A stretch of 64,000 nucleotides of DNA from assembly GCA_964234715.1 (NCBI GenBank), contig OZ174276.1, one strand, 5' to 3'. Source of the stretch: Podarcis melisellensis. Taxonomy: Eukaryota. Of the stretch, positions 1 through 14,452 are shown piece after piece. Within the stretch, counting starts at the first letter, position 1, and the number at the start of each line of letters is the position of its first letter. The notes under the pieces were generated by a model. That model did not search any database. It had not been told where the DNA came from and saw only the letters and a list, made by a program, of their open reading frames with translations. A program made the translations under genes and the position numbers.

Positions 1-212
1 TCAGCTACTTTCCTGAAAGCAGCCAAGGTGCATCGACAGGGAAAAATAATACTTGTGCTGAGCAAGCTACTGCCGTCCTCTGACCAGAAACCCGATTGCT
101 TTGTATATATAAAAAGCGAAACTTCCCTCCACCCTAAGAAACTTCAATATTATGTTTGAAGGCTCACATTTGATAATGCTGATCACTGGCTGAAGCTCAT
201 CTTCCACTAGAG

Positions 213-326
213 CAGAGTTTTCCAAACTTGTGTCTCCAGACTACAACCCCCTAGCAGGACCAATGGTCAGGGATGATGGGAACTGTAGTCCAAAAACAGC
301 TAGAGACCCAAGTTTGGGAAACCCTG
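213..326. mobile_element. hAT-type MITE
   Basis: TIRs CAGAGTTTTCCAAACTTG / CAAGTTTGGGAAACCCTG; perfect 8-bp TSD CACTAGAG (205-212, 327-334). A related copy lies near 51180-51315. Confidence 0.85.
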
Positions 327-440
327 CACTAGAGTAGTTCCACTACCCACTCCCATTAGCTTTTGTTAAAAATAATAATAGCTATAGGTTATGTCTACTT
401 GTTCAGGCATACCTGATACAAACCTTCCATTATGTATGTA

Positions 441-682
441 CAGTGGTACCTCGGGTAAAGTACTTAATTCGTTCCGGAGGTCCGTTCTTAACCTGAAACT
501 GTTCTTAACCTGAAGCACCACTTTAGCTAATGGGGCCTCCCACTGCCGCCTCACCGCCAGAGCACGATTTCTGTTCTCATCCTGAAGCAAAGTTCTTAAC
601 CCAAGGTACTATTTCTGGGTTAGTGGAGTCTATAACCTGAAGTGTATGTAACCTGAAGCGTATGTAACCCGAGGTACCACTG
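441..682. mobile_element. Tc1/mariner (Tigger/pogo-like) MITE
   Basis: TIR CAGTGGTACCTCGGGT / ACCCGAGGTACCACTG flanked by TA; internal TAACCTGAAG repeats. Confidence 0.88.
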
Positions 683-1661
683 TATTATGATCGCAGGCTG
701 CTGCTATCTTACCAACAAGCCCACCCTCCTCTTGTGGAACCTGTTTCCTAAAGAAGTCCATCAAGCTCCTGCTTTGATGAGCTATAGTAGTCTTTGGACT
801 CTGGCCATTTGCTGTGCAGTGTGCTGCTGTAAACAGTGAAAGGTTAGACCCCCAACCTGGTGCCCTCCAGATGTTTAGGACAACTCTTCATAAGCTTTAG
901 GGCCGTGGTCCAAATGCCCAGGTTGGGGAAGCCACTGTTTTATGGTATTTGCTTCTGGTTTCATTGGATGGTTTTGTTCTGGTTGGAAAGCTGAGCAGAA
1001 TTATCAGTTTCAGCAGAGAAAGCCAGCCTCGTAACAAGGACGTTCTGATAAACAGACTAATGGAGCACCACTCCAGTCATGACAAAGGCTTTAGCGGCTT
1101 CCCTGTTGCTGCTGTTTTAAAAGTCTATTTAAAAAAATTTACTTGCCATATTTCCTGCGCTTTCTTGTAATGACTTGAAATTAACAAGCAATCCCAGGGT
1201 TTTTGTTTTAACATTAAGTGCGCAATTAGTATCCAGGCAGCAAGGAGTCTTGCATGACTGAATCATTTGCCACTGTTCTCTGTGAATTACAGCCTCTCCC
1301 CCCACCACCCCCCCACAACCATTTCAAGTTAATCTCAACAATTACCCAGTTATGCCTTAGCATAAAAATAGGCTATTAATAAATCAGGGATTCAACACCA
1401 TTTTACTTTTCTAATGAGAGAACAATGCCCATCAACTTTTTTGAAGTGCTGTGCACTTTTCAAAAAGTACTGTTATATGAGCTTCAGTCTAATGGTTAAG
1501 TTGAACCATTAAATTGAACATATGGACTCCAATTCTATTCCCACTTATTTGGGGGGTAAGATTCATGCAACTCAGTGGGACTTACTTCTGAGTAGACATG
1601 CATAGTATCAGAAAATGTATCTGTCTCTACCAAGGAGACTATGAATCCTTGAAATGGGATC

Positions 1662-1806
1662 TTATAGAATTGTAGAGTTGTTAGGTACCGCAAGGATCAT
1701 CTAGATTCTAGACCAACCCCTTGCAATGCAGGAATATTTCGCCCAACATGGGACTCGGATACATGTCCCTGGGATTCAAGCCTCATGCTCTACAGACTGA
1801 GCTACC
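1662..1806 (-). mobile_element. tRNA(Lys)-derived SINE with CR1-like 3' tail
   Basis: Minus strand GGTAGCTCAGTCTGTAGAGCATGAG...CCCATGTTGGGCG, then ...CAACTCTACAATTCTAT tail. Confidence 0.7.
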
Positions 1807-2439
1807 ATGATCTTGTTTCAGCTGGACTTAGTGGAAACTCTGCATGAAGAAAACCCACAGCTATTCTCCAGTTATGTTTTAGTGAAAAGACACATTTTGA
1901 ACAGGATCTTGGAGCAATGCAATAAGCTCAACTGAGTATCAGTTACTAACAGCACAGCAGAAATGGATACTATTATGGGACCTAAAGAAATAAATGAAGA
2001 AGCAAAAGTAGTTATCATAATCAAAGATCTCGTCTCTATTCTTTCTACACAGCTAGCATTTCAAACAAGAATTGTCATTCTCAAAGTTCCTATGCTGTGC
2101 ATCTCTCTCTCTCTTTAATTGAACAAGTGCTCTCAACCCGAAATGTTAAAAGTATAAAATCACATGCCCCATATCTAAATGGCAGAATGTGGCAATCCAA
2201 AGATAAGGTGACAAAACAGCCTTTGAGGATAACAATATTTAACCCTTGCAAGTGAATACATTACTGCCTTTGTCTCTACCAAAGCAAAATATGGATTTTC
2301 CTGCCTTTATCTCCATTAATGTATGGGAATCCACAATGACACCCTCCTGTTGTTCCAGACCTGCCTCCCCCTCCAAAGTGGGGTTTTACAATCCTGGCTG
2401 TTTTGAACTTTCCAAGAATTGGAAATTTTTGCATTTATC

Positions 2440-3345
2440 TGTCTGGAGAGACAATGGAAGAGTACATCATTGGGGGTAAAGTCAAACCATTGGACAGCTA
2501 CAGTGCCTACTGTGGTTTTAGAGATCATACAGGAGAGACATGTTTTATTGTAGCTGGGGCAGATGAAAGTATTCAGTTTTGCTGTTACAGATGCACAATG
2601 GCGTTTCTTCTCTCTGCACTCCTCCCAGTGGTCATTCCTCCTCTGGTCACTGGAATCATCCAACCATACGGCAGAGTTAATGTTGCAAACCTTCATGCCA
2701 TGTTTGCAGATATCTTTGTAATGCATAGTTGCTCTGCCAAAGGGCCTGGTGCCTGAAGCCAGCATGTTCTTGGGGATCCTGCCATCTTCCATTCTGTGTA
2801 CATGACCCAAGCCAGTGTAGACGTCGCTGAGACGGAAGTGCAGACATGCTAGGAATGTGGGCTTGGAAGAGCACATCTTTGTTTGAGACTCTGTCCTGCC
2901 ATGTGATGCCCAAAATCTTCCTGACACAACAGATATAAAAGACATTGCGGCATCACCCCTTCCAAAAAATCAGTGTGCTCCACATTCAACAAGCCTGGCA
3001 GATCTTCATCTTGGTATTGGTCATTAACATCACATTCTCCCATACCCTTTGGGAGAGGCAAGCCACTACTCTATCTGCCTTGACAATACATTTGTCCAGC
3101 TCAGTGTTGATGGAAAGGTTGCTAGTTACAATGGAGTCCAGGTGGACAAAATTATCTACCACCTCAAGCGTGTGGTCACCAATGCTGATATGTGGAGTGC
3201 TGGTAGCATCCTGACCCAGGGTGTTGGTCTTTGTCTGGTTGATGGTGAGGCCGAACTCCATGCAAGCTTGGGCAAAACAGCTGATGAGTCTCTGTACAGC
3301 TTCCTTGGAGTGTGCTGTCAAGGCTGCATCATCTGCAAACAGGTT
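2440..3345 (-). mobile_element. Degraded RTE-clade LINE, 3' part
   Basis: Frameshifted RT peptides: LFADDAALTAHS...FAQAC.EFGLTIN..KT, then RRLHWLG / GHVHRMEDGRIPK. Confidence 0.85.
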
Positions 3346-4159
3346 GCCAGGTTGAGCAGACCTGAGACAACACTGGGATGAGGAGGAGTTAATATGGATG
3401 CCCTTACATTAATGGGGAAAAGGCAGGTGCAAATCCAAATTTTGTTCTAGTGTGGACAAACCCAAAGAGGTTTCTTGTGGATTTGCATGCTATATTTAAG
3501 TGACAGACCAACAAATAATATTTGGTTTCCCTAAATCTTCTAAGTAGTACAGCTAATTCACTGCTAAAAGGTGGGGGTTTTTTCCCCTTTTCATTTTTTG
3601 TTTAAATAGATGACATGGAATGCCAAGATTTACATGCTATTGCCTTCTTTGTTTTAAAGAAAGGAAAATGCAAAGGTTAAATAGAGATTGGAGACCAGAC
3701 TTGCCCTCTGCTCACAGACCCAAAACCCGTAATCTATTCTACAGATTCTGCCAACAAAATTCAATGGAACTGCTTTGGGTGTTTATCCACATTAGCCTCA
3801 TTACAAACTCTAAGCCTGAAAACTATTAAGAAATCCTACAATCTAGATCACTGCCACAGGGATTTATCATACTATTCAGAGGCAATTTTGTTCATCAACT
3901 TGCACAATGAAGTAGTTTATACTAGATTAGCAACCATCTCTCATAATGAATGTCCTGTTTCACAGCGGGTGGGGGGGGGGAGGGAACAAGCACAGTCATT
4001 TCTAAGTGCAGCTGCAATCCTGAGCAAACCATAATCAACCAATGGCCTCAGCACCATTTGTAAAATGGGAGATAAAAACTGCTGCAGCTCTCAGGTACTA
4101 ATCAAGCAATCATATTGAGCATTACTAATGCATAGTTTCAAAAAGGGGCAAGAACCTTT

Positions 4160-4370
4160 GGAGCTAGTATGGTACAGTGATTAGAGTGCTAAACTAGGAA
4201 CTGAGACCCAAGATTCAAATCCTGTCTCAGCCATGAAGCTCATGGGTGACCTTAGGCCAGTCGCTGTCTTTCAGCCTCACCTACATTACAGGATTGTTGT
4301 GCTGCTAAAATGGAGATGGGGAGAACAATGTGTGCTACCTTGAGATCCCCTGATATAAATTAAATAATAA
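4160..4370 (+). mobile_element. Old tRNA-derived SINE (Squam3/CORE-like)
   Basis: A/B-box-like head followed by CAGCCATGAAGCTCA.GGGTGACCTT.GGCCAGTC..TCAGCCT.ACCTAC. Related copies at ~45175-45385 (+), ~46540-46725 (-) and ~46920-47100 (+). Confidence 0.7.
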
Positions 4371-6289
4371 TTTAAAATAGACAGTGGTCCTATGTGTGCT
4401 TACCTGGAAATAAGTTCCACTGAAATAAAATGGACTCTCTGCCAAATAAATGGGCTTGAGATTGGGTTGCCTGGTTTGCTTTTCAAGCTCTGTGTTGCTA
4501 GATGCTGAAGGCACTAAACTTATTCCTGCTGCTTTGTGTTTGCCTAAACAGAAAGAGATGTCTTCCTTTCATTGTTTCATGATAACTCTCTTGTCTTGTT
4601 CCCCATTTTACCCTCCTGAAAATAAATGGCTTTCATTTTAGTCAACTTCTGTTAAGCTGCCAGCAGCAATCTTTTACTTCCTGTATTTTTGGGTTAACCA
4701 CCATAACAGACTGTCCCAGCTGCCAGGAACTCACTATAGAACACAATTTGAGGGTTTAAGAACTAACGATGCAGTCAAATACACCTCTAAGGTAAAAGGT
4801 AAAGGACCCCTGGACGGTTAAGCCCAGTCAGGTTTGTCCACAGACAGCTACACCTCTACTCGGAAGTAAGCTTAGTAAGTTCAATGGGGCTTACTCCCAG
4901 CTAAGTGTGTATAAGACTGCATCTTAGGGCAGCAACACTTGCCTGGAAGTACATCCCACTGACTTAGGCAGAATTTACCCCTGGGTTAACATGTATAGGA
5001 GTGGTCTACAGTTCACACTCTTTGGAAATATTACACAAAGGAGACAATGGAAAGTTGTTTAGGAGACTCAAAATCTGCTTTTACTCTCGAAAGTCAGGAG
5101 ACAAAGAGCTGTGGTGCCAGAAGATTAATTAGTTGCTTTACAAAATCCTGTCTGAAGGTTCCAGGAGAAAAGAACTTTTCATTCTGGACTGAAACATTGC
5201 TAAAAACCACAGACATCATTGAACAGAACAGAAAAGTGCTTTAGAAACAGCAATACGCATCGCTTGGATTGGTGTGAGAACTAGAAAATGAAAACACTCA
5301 ACATGTCAGTTCATGTCATGTACATTACTCCCTCCTTTTTCAAATGATTCCCCGTCGTAAGATCGCAGCAGAAAATAAAATGACATTGAAGACGTTGATC
5401 CATATGACAAAGTAAGTTCAACCAATCACTCCTTTTGTGTTTCCAGGCTAACTGCTCAAACCTAAACATACAGATAACCCACAGCTACTTTCATGCATGA
5501 AAATACAGTAAACGAGTCCAGAGAGCTCCTAAATTTTAGATGTTGTATAGCATATGAAAATATTATGCACAAAATATTGTTCATGTGAAGAATCACCCAG
5601 AAGCACGCTAAGAGTCCACATATTAATCTTTTACTTTGGTTTTACTTCTCCAAGCTTGCACAGTGATGAACTCCCAAAAAAGAAAAAAGAAGAAAAAGCG
5701 TGCAAGAGCAAAGTTTCATAGACGAAGCGGCCCTAGGCACTGAAAGAAACTAAAGACACAGAGAAATGTTCAAACCATCTTAACCACTGAAGAGGGAGAA
5801 ACACATCTTTAATTTTTTTTACAGAGCAGAATGACAAGGGAGATTCACCATCTAAAAATGAACAGAGACCACCCTTCCATTTCCTACTGCCTGCTCTCTC
5901 TGTAAGCATTCTCTACTTATTTGCAGTTTAGATTATTCTTTCCTAACACCACCAGGGCTGGCAGGGAGCAGAAAGTGGGGGTCGGCCACCGACAGAGTAT
6001 CAAGACAACCATTGTGAGGACGTGAAAACGCAGGGGCATCACAGCATGTGGACTTTGGGGAGATAATCAGAAAGGCCAGCTACTGTGAAGAAATAAGCAA
6101 CTGAGGACTCCTATGCTAAATTTGGAAAAGCAAGTAGGATAGGAAGGGGGGGAGAAGAGGAAGTCTTAGTGACATCGTATTTTACAGGAATTGCAGTGCT
6201 GATTCGAGGGCACAGCCCTTACAGTTCCTAGAGGAAACTGTATGTTCCACTGAGCCACGTTACATGGCTTTTGGAAAAGAAGGGGGGGT

Positions 6290-7690
<1,401 letters not shown>

Positions 7691-10600
7691 CCTCCCCACA
7701 TAGTCAGAGTCATCCCTTCCTGGTTTACAACAACAACAAGAACAACAACATTTATTGTGAGTGCGGATCTGCACCATCAATTTAGTCTTCTCAAGCTGGC
7801 ACGCATGTGCTGGTGGTGTTGAGACTCAATTGATGTGGGAACAGGCAAGGAAGCTGTGCAATAGGGAAGCCTTGTTGGCTGCACGTGCAGGGTGACTGCA
7901 ATGTGTGCTCTGGCTTTTACTGTGTGGCATATGTGTACAGGAGTCCAGTGTGTCAAACCAGGGTGAGATATATATTCACTATGGAACTCTGCATCCCCAG
8001 GGTGAGTTTCCCAACCCACAGCCTTATCATGCGGTGTATTCTGCTACCTGAGTTGTAACCATCACGTAGTGAGTTTCGCAGCCTGCAAATGGCACCTCTG
8101 GCAGGACCGGGGGAAATCACATGGTGAGTTGTATTGAACAATTGGTTCAGAAATGGTTGTAGTTCTGCAAGAGGATGGCGATCCCCATGGCAAATATAGC
8201 ATCTAAACATACCTCTGACAGCCTTCTAGAAATCTAGGGAACTAGGAAGATGGGTAAAAATTCACCACATGCATCGTAGGCTTCTGTCACGCCATGTTTT
8301 CATGTGCGCTGCATCATGTTTACAAGCAGCAACCATGTGACCACCCAGTGTACAGGCTAGACTGCAGGAACATAACTTAGGCAAGACTCTCAGCCCAGGC
8401 ACTGCTGTGATCTGTGGAAGAATCTACAAGAGGCAAGAAAGGATAAAGGCTAGGGGAGGATGGAATGATGGTCAAAATAACTTACTGAAACAAACTTCTG
8501 TAATATTAGTGGCCTGGAAATATATAATCAGCTTTGTATATCTCTAACCCCTCTGCTAATAATGCTGTCTCACACAAACTTTTTAATCCATTGGAGATGC
8601 CCTGCTCATATTCTCATCAGTAAAGGAAGTAAGAACTAATGTGGACAGCAGCAAGGCCTTTTCAGCAGTCGCTCAGCCTAGCCCACTGGGCAAGGCCATT
8701 GTGAGCTCTGAGCTCTTTGAAAGAAGGTTGGGATATACATTTAGTACATAAATATAAAACATACTCTCTGTTGAGGCATTTATACACAACTTGTCTTTGG
8801 CCTTAGGACAGCAAAGAGAGACATCCCCCCCCCCACACACAAATGTTTCACAGCCTTTGAAAGCGTTGGCATAGGTTGCTGTGATTTTATGCTCTGGTTG
8901 TTACTTTGTTTTATGACTGCTGCAATTTTATTATGATTGTGCTTTATTGCCTTCCAGTGACGAATATTATGTTACTTCATTGGTCTTACGTTGTAAGCTA
9001 TCCTGAGCCTAAAGGGATACGATAGGGTATTAAATTTTTAAAGAAAAGCAATAAGGCAGAAGGCCTGAACTATGGCTGGTCTTGCACTGTGCTGGTCAAA
9101 TCAAGAACTTGGAAGGAATAGATGGAGAAGGGGGAAAGAGCCAGACATGTGTTTGTAAAAAACAAATCAAAAACCCTTTCACTGTTAATAAATTGCTAGT
9201 GTCATACATGACACTTTGGATGGCGACATACGCAGTCCCTGCCCTTACAATCTAATTTTATACGAGAGAAATGTAAATAGAAGAAGAATTCTCAATGGAT
9301 CTTTTGCACTTAAGTTTTCAGGGTTAGATCCAAAGAAGTATAAGGGAAACTCTGCTTGTAGAAAGGGGCCTCCCTGGATGTCTCCTTCCTACTGCAGCAT
9401 TCTGTGACACTGCCCCAAGTTGCTCCTGATAATACCCTCTGGGATAACATGGAATTGAAGCACAGGGAACTGAAGAAGGATGGGAATTGGCTGCCTTGAG
9501 TAAGTGAAAATTATTTTTCACTTGTGTAAGATACCTCTGGATCTAGCCTTCCATATTTCAAATCATCAAGTTTAGAGGGTATTCAAGGTTTACATTTCCT
9601 GCCTGGAAGTCAGAAGTCCAATTGATGCCCCACTGAAATTCTGTTTTTGGCCTTTTGTTGTGGTGGTGGTTTTAGGGTCTCCCAAGAGTAAGCATCTACC
9701 AACTTATTAGATGGAATGCATTTACTTTTTTTAGCACATTTGCTCAGAATTGGTTTGGGCAACAAGTCGATGGAGCAATGACCCCACACAGACCTCAACT
9801 TTACTGTTTTCTTCAGTGTCCTTGGCTTCCTTAAAAGATGAAGAGGGAACAGGAAAGTGCAAGTGCCTTGTTCATGCGCCTCTTTGTGATGTCAGAAGCA
9901 GAACTTTTGCATCCTCGCTCTCACGCTGTGGCTGGTGAGGTGCAAAATTTCCAAGTGTGGGTACAAATGAAGATGTAAAAGTTCTGCTTTAGATGTCAAG
10001 GAAATAGGAAGTATGAAATTGTCTGGAATTTTGGAGTATAGGAGCTTTTCTTCTAATAGTCCATCAAAAACTGACAAAGCCATTGTTCATTTTATTGATG
10101 TTACAAAAGAAACTAAATAAAACCTTATTTATTTATTTTTTATTTATTTAAAAAAGACAAAGCTGGTGATTCCTTGATTGAGTGCCTATATCCACTGTCA
10201 GAGACAGTATGCTCCTAAATGCCAATCGCTGGGAATCGCAAGTGGGAGAGTGCTGTCTGCTCATTTCCTGTTTTCGGACTTCTGGTGGGCCACTGTGAGA
10301 ACAAGATGCTGGACTAGGTGGACCACTGTCATGATGCAGCAGGCTCCTCTTAGGTCCTTATACATCATAATAGGTTAAAAGACAATTAAAAAATGAAACT
10401 GAATCAAAACACTATTGAGATATTGTGTTTGGCATCTTGAACAGCTATGTCAACAGTGATTTTAGAAAGGGTTGCACTCCCTGCACCCGAAATGAGATTT
10501 GTAGCCTGGACTCAGCTTTGCTGATTCCCAGACAGCCACTGTGCCCAGAAGTACTTTATTCTGGCTTCAGCTCATGAATCTGGCTGGGACCTATTTTCTC

Positions 10601-11794
10601 CAAAATGGATTTAACCACTGACGTTCATACCCTGATAACCTGTTTCGGCAACTGATTAGATTACCACAATGTGCTTTTTGTGGAGCAACTATTCAAGGTG
10701 GCCCAGAAACTACCCAAAATATAGCTCTTCAGCTTCTGGTGGATTCAAGGCTCAGAGAACCCATGACAATGATTTTGGTTCAGCGGCAGCAAAAGATGCT
10801 GATAAAATTTCTGAGCCGAATTCAGAGTTCTCATTGAAGCTCTAAATGACCTGGGCCCTAGCCTACAGTACACAAGTAAAATTTGCATGCCCACTTTTGA
10901 CTCTGGCCCCACCTACCACTGTCACATGTGGCCCACACCTAGAGGGGAATGTGTGGATTGAAAAGGGTCCCCCACCCTTGGCTTATACATCTGTAACTGG
11001 CTAAAAAAAACAACCATTGGGCTCATGCTTAGCAATTTTAATTTCATACAACTGCATGCCTGACAATTCAAGCATGCTTTCCTCTATTTACATGCATCAC
11101 TGCGCTGACAGACGTATACCAGATCTTTCTCTGGCTTGATTGGTGGAAAAGAAGGTCAGTGCTTATAGTACCAGTGTTTGCAGCTTTCCAGACCAGCTCA
11201 AGCTAGCCTCAAGTGTGGGAGTGCGTTGCTCACGAGGCACAAGCCCAAGCCTCGCTCTCAATAATAATAAAAAGCTGTTTATTCATTGCAGCTGCAAGGA
11301 ATGCCAACAGTGGCCACAAAACTAAATACTGTGGCTCCTCAAGCCAAGTCGGTATTTGAGTACGAGGCTGCTTTTTTTTTCCAGGAAGAATCGCTGATTG
11401 GAAGCTTTCATCACTAATGCTAAATATTTTGTTAGTGATTCAAAACTGCTGCAGATAGATTGCCCAAAAGTTTGCTCACATTCAACAGGTACGAATCGCC
11501 CAGAGACGAAGGTGATTGCCCCTATTTTGTGGGAGGGATTCAAGTGCAGAGCTGAAATTTTGGTTTGTGTAATCAAAGTGGATTAAAGTGCTCTGTTACC
11601 CAACCACAACAAAACCATTTGAAACACACACACAAAAAAACCCTGACCTTTTCTGTTTAGGAAAGTGATGGGGAAATGCATCAGAAAGTGGGTGAATGAA
11701 TGGCTAATGGGAATACATGTAAACTCCCCACAAGCAAATTGAGCCCATGTGGTTAGGCTATTGTGGTGGAGGAACAGTTACAGCCAGTTGATGC

Positions 11795-12440
11795 TAGGAG
11801 AAAGCACTCATAGCCACAGAGGTCACTTGGGCCTCTAGTGACAGAGATGGGTCAAAGAATACTCCCAGACTGCAGAATTGCTCCTTTAGAGGGAGGGCAA
11901 CAACATCCAGAATGGTAGATTGACTTATCACCCACCCACCCACCCACAAGGCCTCCATTTTACCAGGAATCAAGCTCAATTTATTGTCCAGTGTTTGCAC
12001 TGACTAAGTTGTAAAGGAGAAACAGCAGTACTGATAATATTTTACTCCCAAATTCTCAATGGGTTCATATAGATGCTGAACAGCATTGGGGAGCATTATG
12101 CTCCCTATAGCATAAACACTGGGGGGAGGGGTGAAGAACACTCTCCCACTGGAACAGAACCACCACCCATTCCACAGAATCAATCCAGAAGGATATCATG
12201 GTTAATGGTACCAAAAGAGTAGGGTTATGCTCCCCTTGTCAACAGGGTGACCAAGACTGATTCAGTCCCAAACACAGTCTTGCACCCAGACTGGCATGGA
12301 TCCAGTCTCATCCAGGAATGTCCGGTGGTTCTGCCATAGCTCTCTCGGTCACCTTCCCAGAAAGGGAGTATTTGCAACCCACTGGGTCCAGGGCTCCTTT
12401 CTTCAGTTGTGGCTGCACCATTGCCTCCTTTAAGGTGGCA
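11795..12440 (-). mobile_element. Degraded L2-clade LINE RT fragment
   Basis: LKEAMVQPQLKKGALDP and NKLSLIPGKMEAL...LPLKEQFCSLGVFFDPSLSLEAQVTSVA resemble squamate L2 ORF2. Confidence 0.75.
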
Positions 12441-14313
12441 GGCACCACCACCTCACTCAAATCTTCACCATGCCCTGGACACACCCATTCAACACCCCAC
12501 AGCCATGTTCACCATCCATGGTGGGCGGGAATCAAGAGGGCAAGTAGTTGGCAGCGTCTGTGCAAGGGACGTGCCCATGTCCTGTTTGCGTATTGTTTAT
12601 AAGTATTAATAAGACAAGTAGTTTGTAAATTGGAGCTTTTAGATAAGCACTCTGATTCCTAACACTTTGAATAGAATGATTGCAACTATTTAATGTGTCT
12701 TAGTTTTGCAGAAAAGAGTGTCAAACTGTTGGATTTACTTATTTATTTTTAAAGCATTTCCCCTCTATACTGTATTTTAGAATTTTCCCTACTGTTCCTT
12801 CCTAATTTAACAGTCACCTAGTTTGTCACCATGCAGGACAAACTAAAGGAGATTGATGCAGGGCCATTGGCAATAGCTCGTTATACAGTGACACAGCTGT
12901 CAGATAAAATGAAATTGAGCTGGTGGAAAGAGTGTGATTCCGTAATAGAACCATGCGCAATCCTTCATAAAAATATAGCTGGAGGGTAGACTATAGTTCC
13001 ATGCACTTACATAAGGGCTAGGAATAGCATAACAGCCATACACCAAGATGCCCCAGGAGATTTTCCTTCTAATTACCAGCTCCATTAAATTATTGTGATC
13101 AGTAGATTAGCCGCCTCTAATGTAAGAGCCTGATTAACCAAACACAAGGTATGTCTATCAACTTTGGAATGAATCTATGTATTTTAACACTGCATCAGAA
13201 TCTATCCTCTAATCTTCCTGATGCATTGTTGAAATGGTTGTGTTGCTACATGGACAGTTTTTTGTTGTTTGCTTCCCTTCCAGCCCAGACACAGCTGCTA
13301 GCTTTGGGAGCTGTATCAGAAGTGAGGAACTGGGACCTTAAACATTTGAATCTGCATTGCTTGCAGTTTGTTCCACCTCTGCACAAAACTAGCAATTTCA
13401 TAACAGATCTAAAGCTCTATGGATGCTCTGCTACCCAAGGTACATGCAGACTCTTCTACCAGGAAGGCCCCATGCCAATTTCCCAAAAGGAAGAGCACTA
13501 GTGTATGTGAGCTCCTGTTGGCTTTTGGATTTACTTGGAGCATAAACAAGTGTGGCCCTTGTATGAAGGATAGAAGGTGGGAAAATTGTGTTCTGAAAGG
13601 GTCACTTCACACATGCAAAACAGAAACTTGGTAGATGCTTTGAATAACCCAACTTTGCAGAGGCTGCTCCATACAGCCTGTTGTTTCTGTGAAACCACTT
13701 TTTGTGGAATTCTGACAATATTCTTTGCTCCTGTGGGAGGAAGGGCAGGATATACATGAATAAAGCAAAAGTATTCATTGCATCTCTACAACCCCTCTAT
13801 TTTGAAGTTTTGAAGACTGTATTACCACTGCTGCCTGTCAAGCTGTTTCAGATAAAGTCATGCTGTGATGACAAGCCTTCACACTGTTGTGTTACATCAC
13901 AGTTTCTATGTGTGAACTGAGCCTCAGGCCATGAGAAAAAGGAGGAAGGAACAGAAACCGATGTTTGTTTTAATTTCAGACTAATTATGGTTAGTTTGTT
14001 TCTGGGATTTGGTTGCCACATTTGGGAGATCAACTTTTTTTCTTCCTAATTCAACACCCTCTGCCAAGTTCCCAGTATGCATCTGTCAAGGAAATAAAAC
14101 CAGCTCCTGCTCCTATTGGATTTATTTTGCACTCTTGTTCAATATCTGCTTTTCTGTAGGTCCCTAAATGCCAGTCTGATATGCAACAAGGTTGGGGACT
14201 CCAGATGGTCAGTATTTTGTGGGAGGGATTCAAGCAGATACCTTAAATTTAGGTTTGGGAAATTAGTAGATTGAAGCCCTCTGCCCCCCCCCCCCAAGTA
14301 CAACATATCCACT

Positions 14314-14452
14314 CATGGGCATAGCCAAGGTGAGGGTGCAGGGAGGGGCATCTGCCCCCAAAATCAATACAAATCAATAAAAATACATAGCTAACTGAAG
14401 TTCTGCCCCCCTTAACAAGAGGCCTGTCCCCCCCAACAAAACTACGCCCATG
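14314..14452. mobile_element. hAT-type MITE
   Basis: TIR CATGGGCATAG / CTACGCCCATG; perfect 8-bp TSD TATCCACT (14306-14313, 14453-14460). Confidence 0.88.

Noticed and set aside
441-682. CRISPR-like or prokaryotic array from repeated TAACCTGAAG motifs
   Set aside because: These are subterminal repeats of a eukaryotic MITE with no repeat-spacer periodicity; the window is vertebrate DNA.
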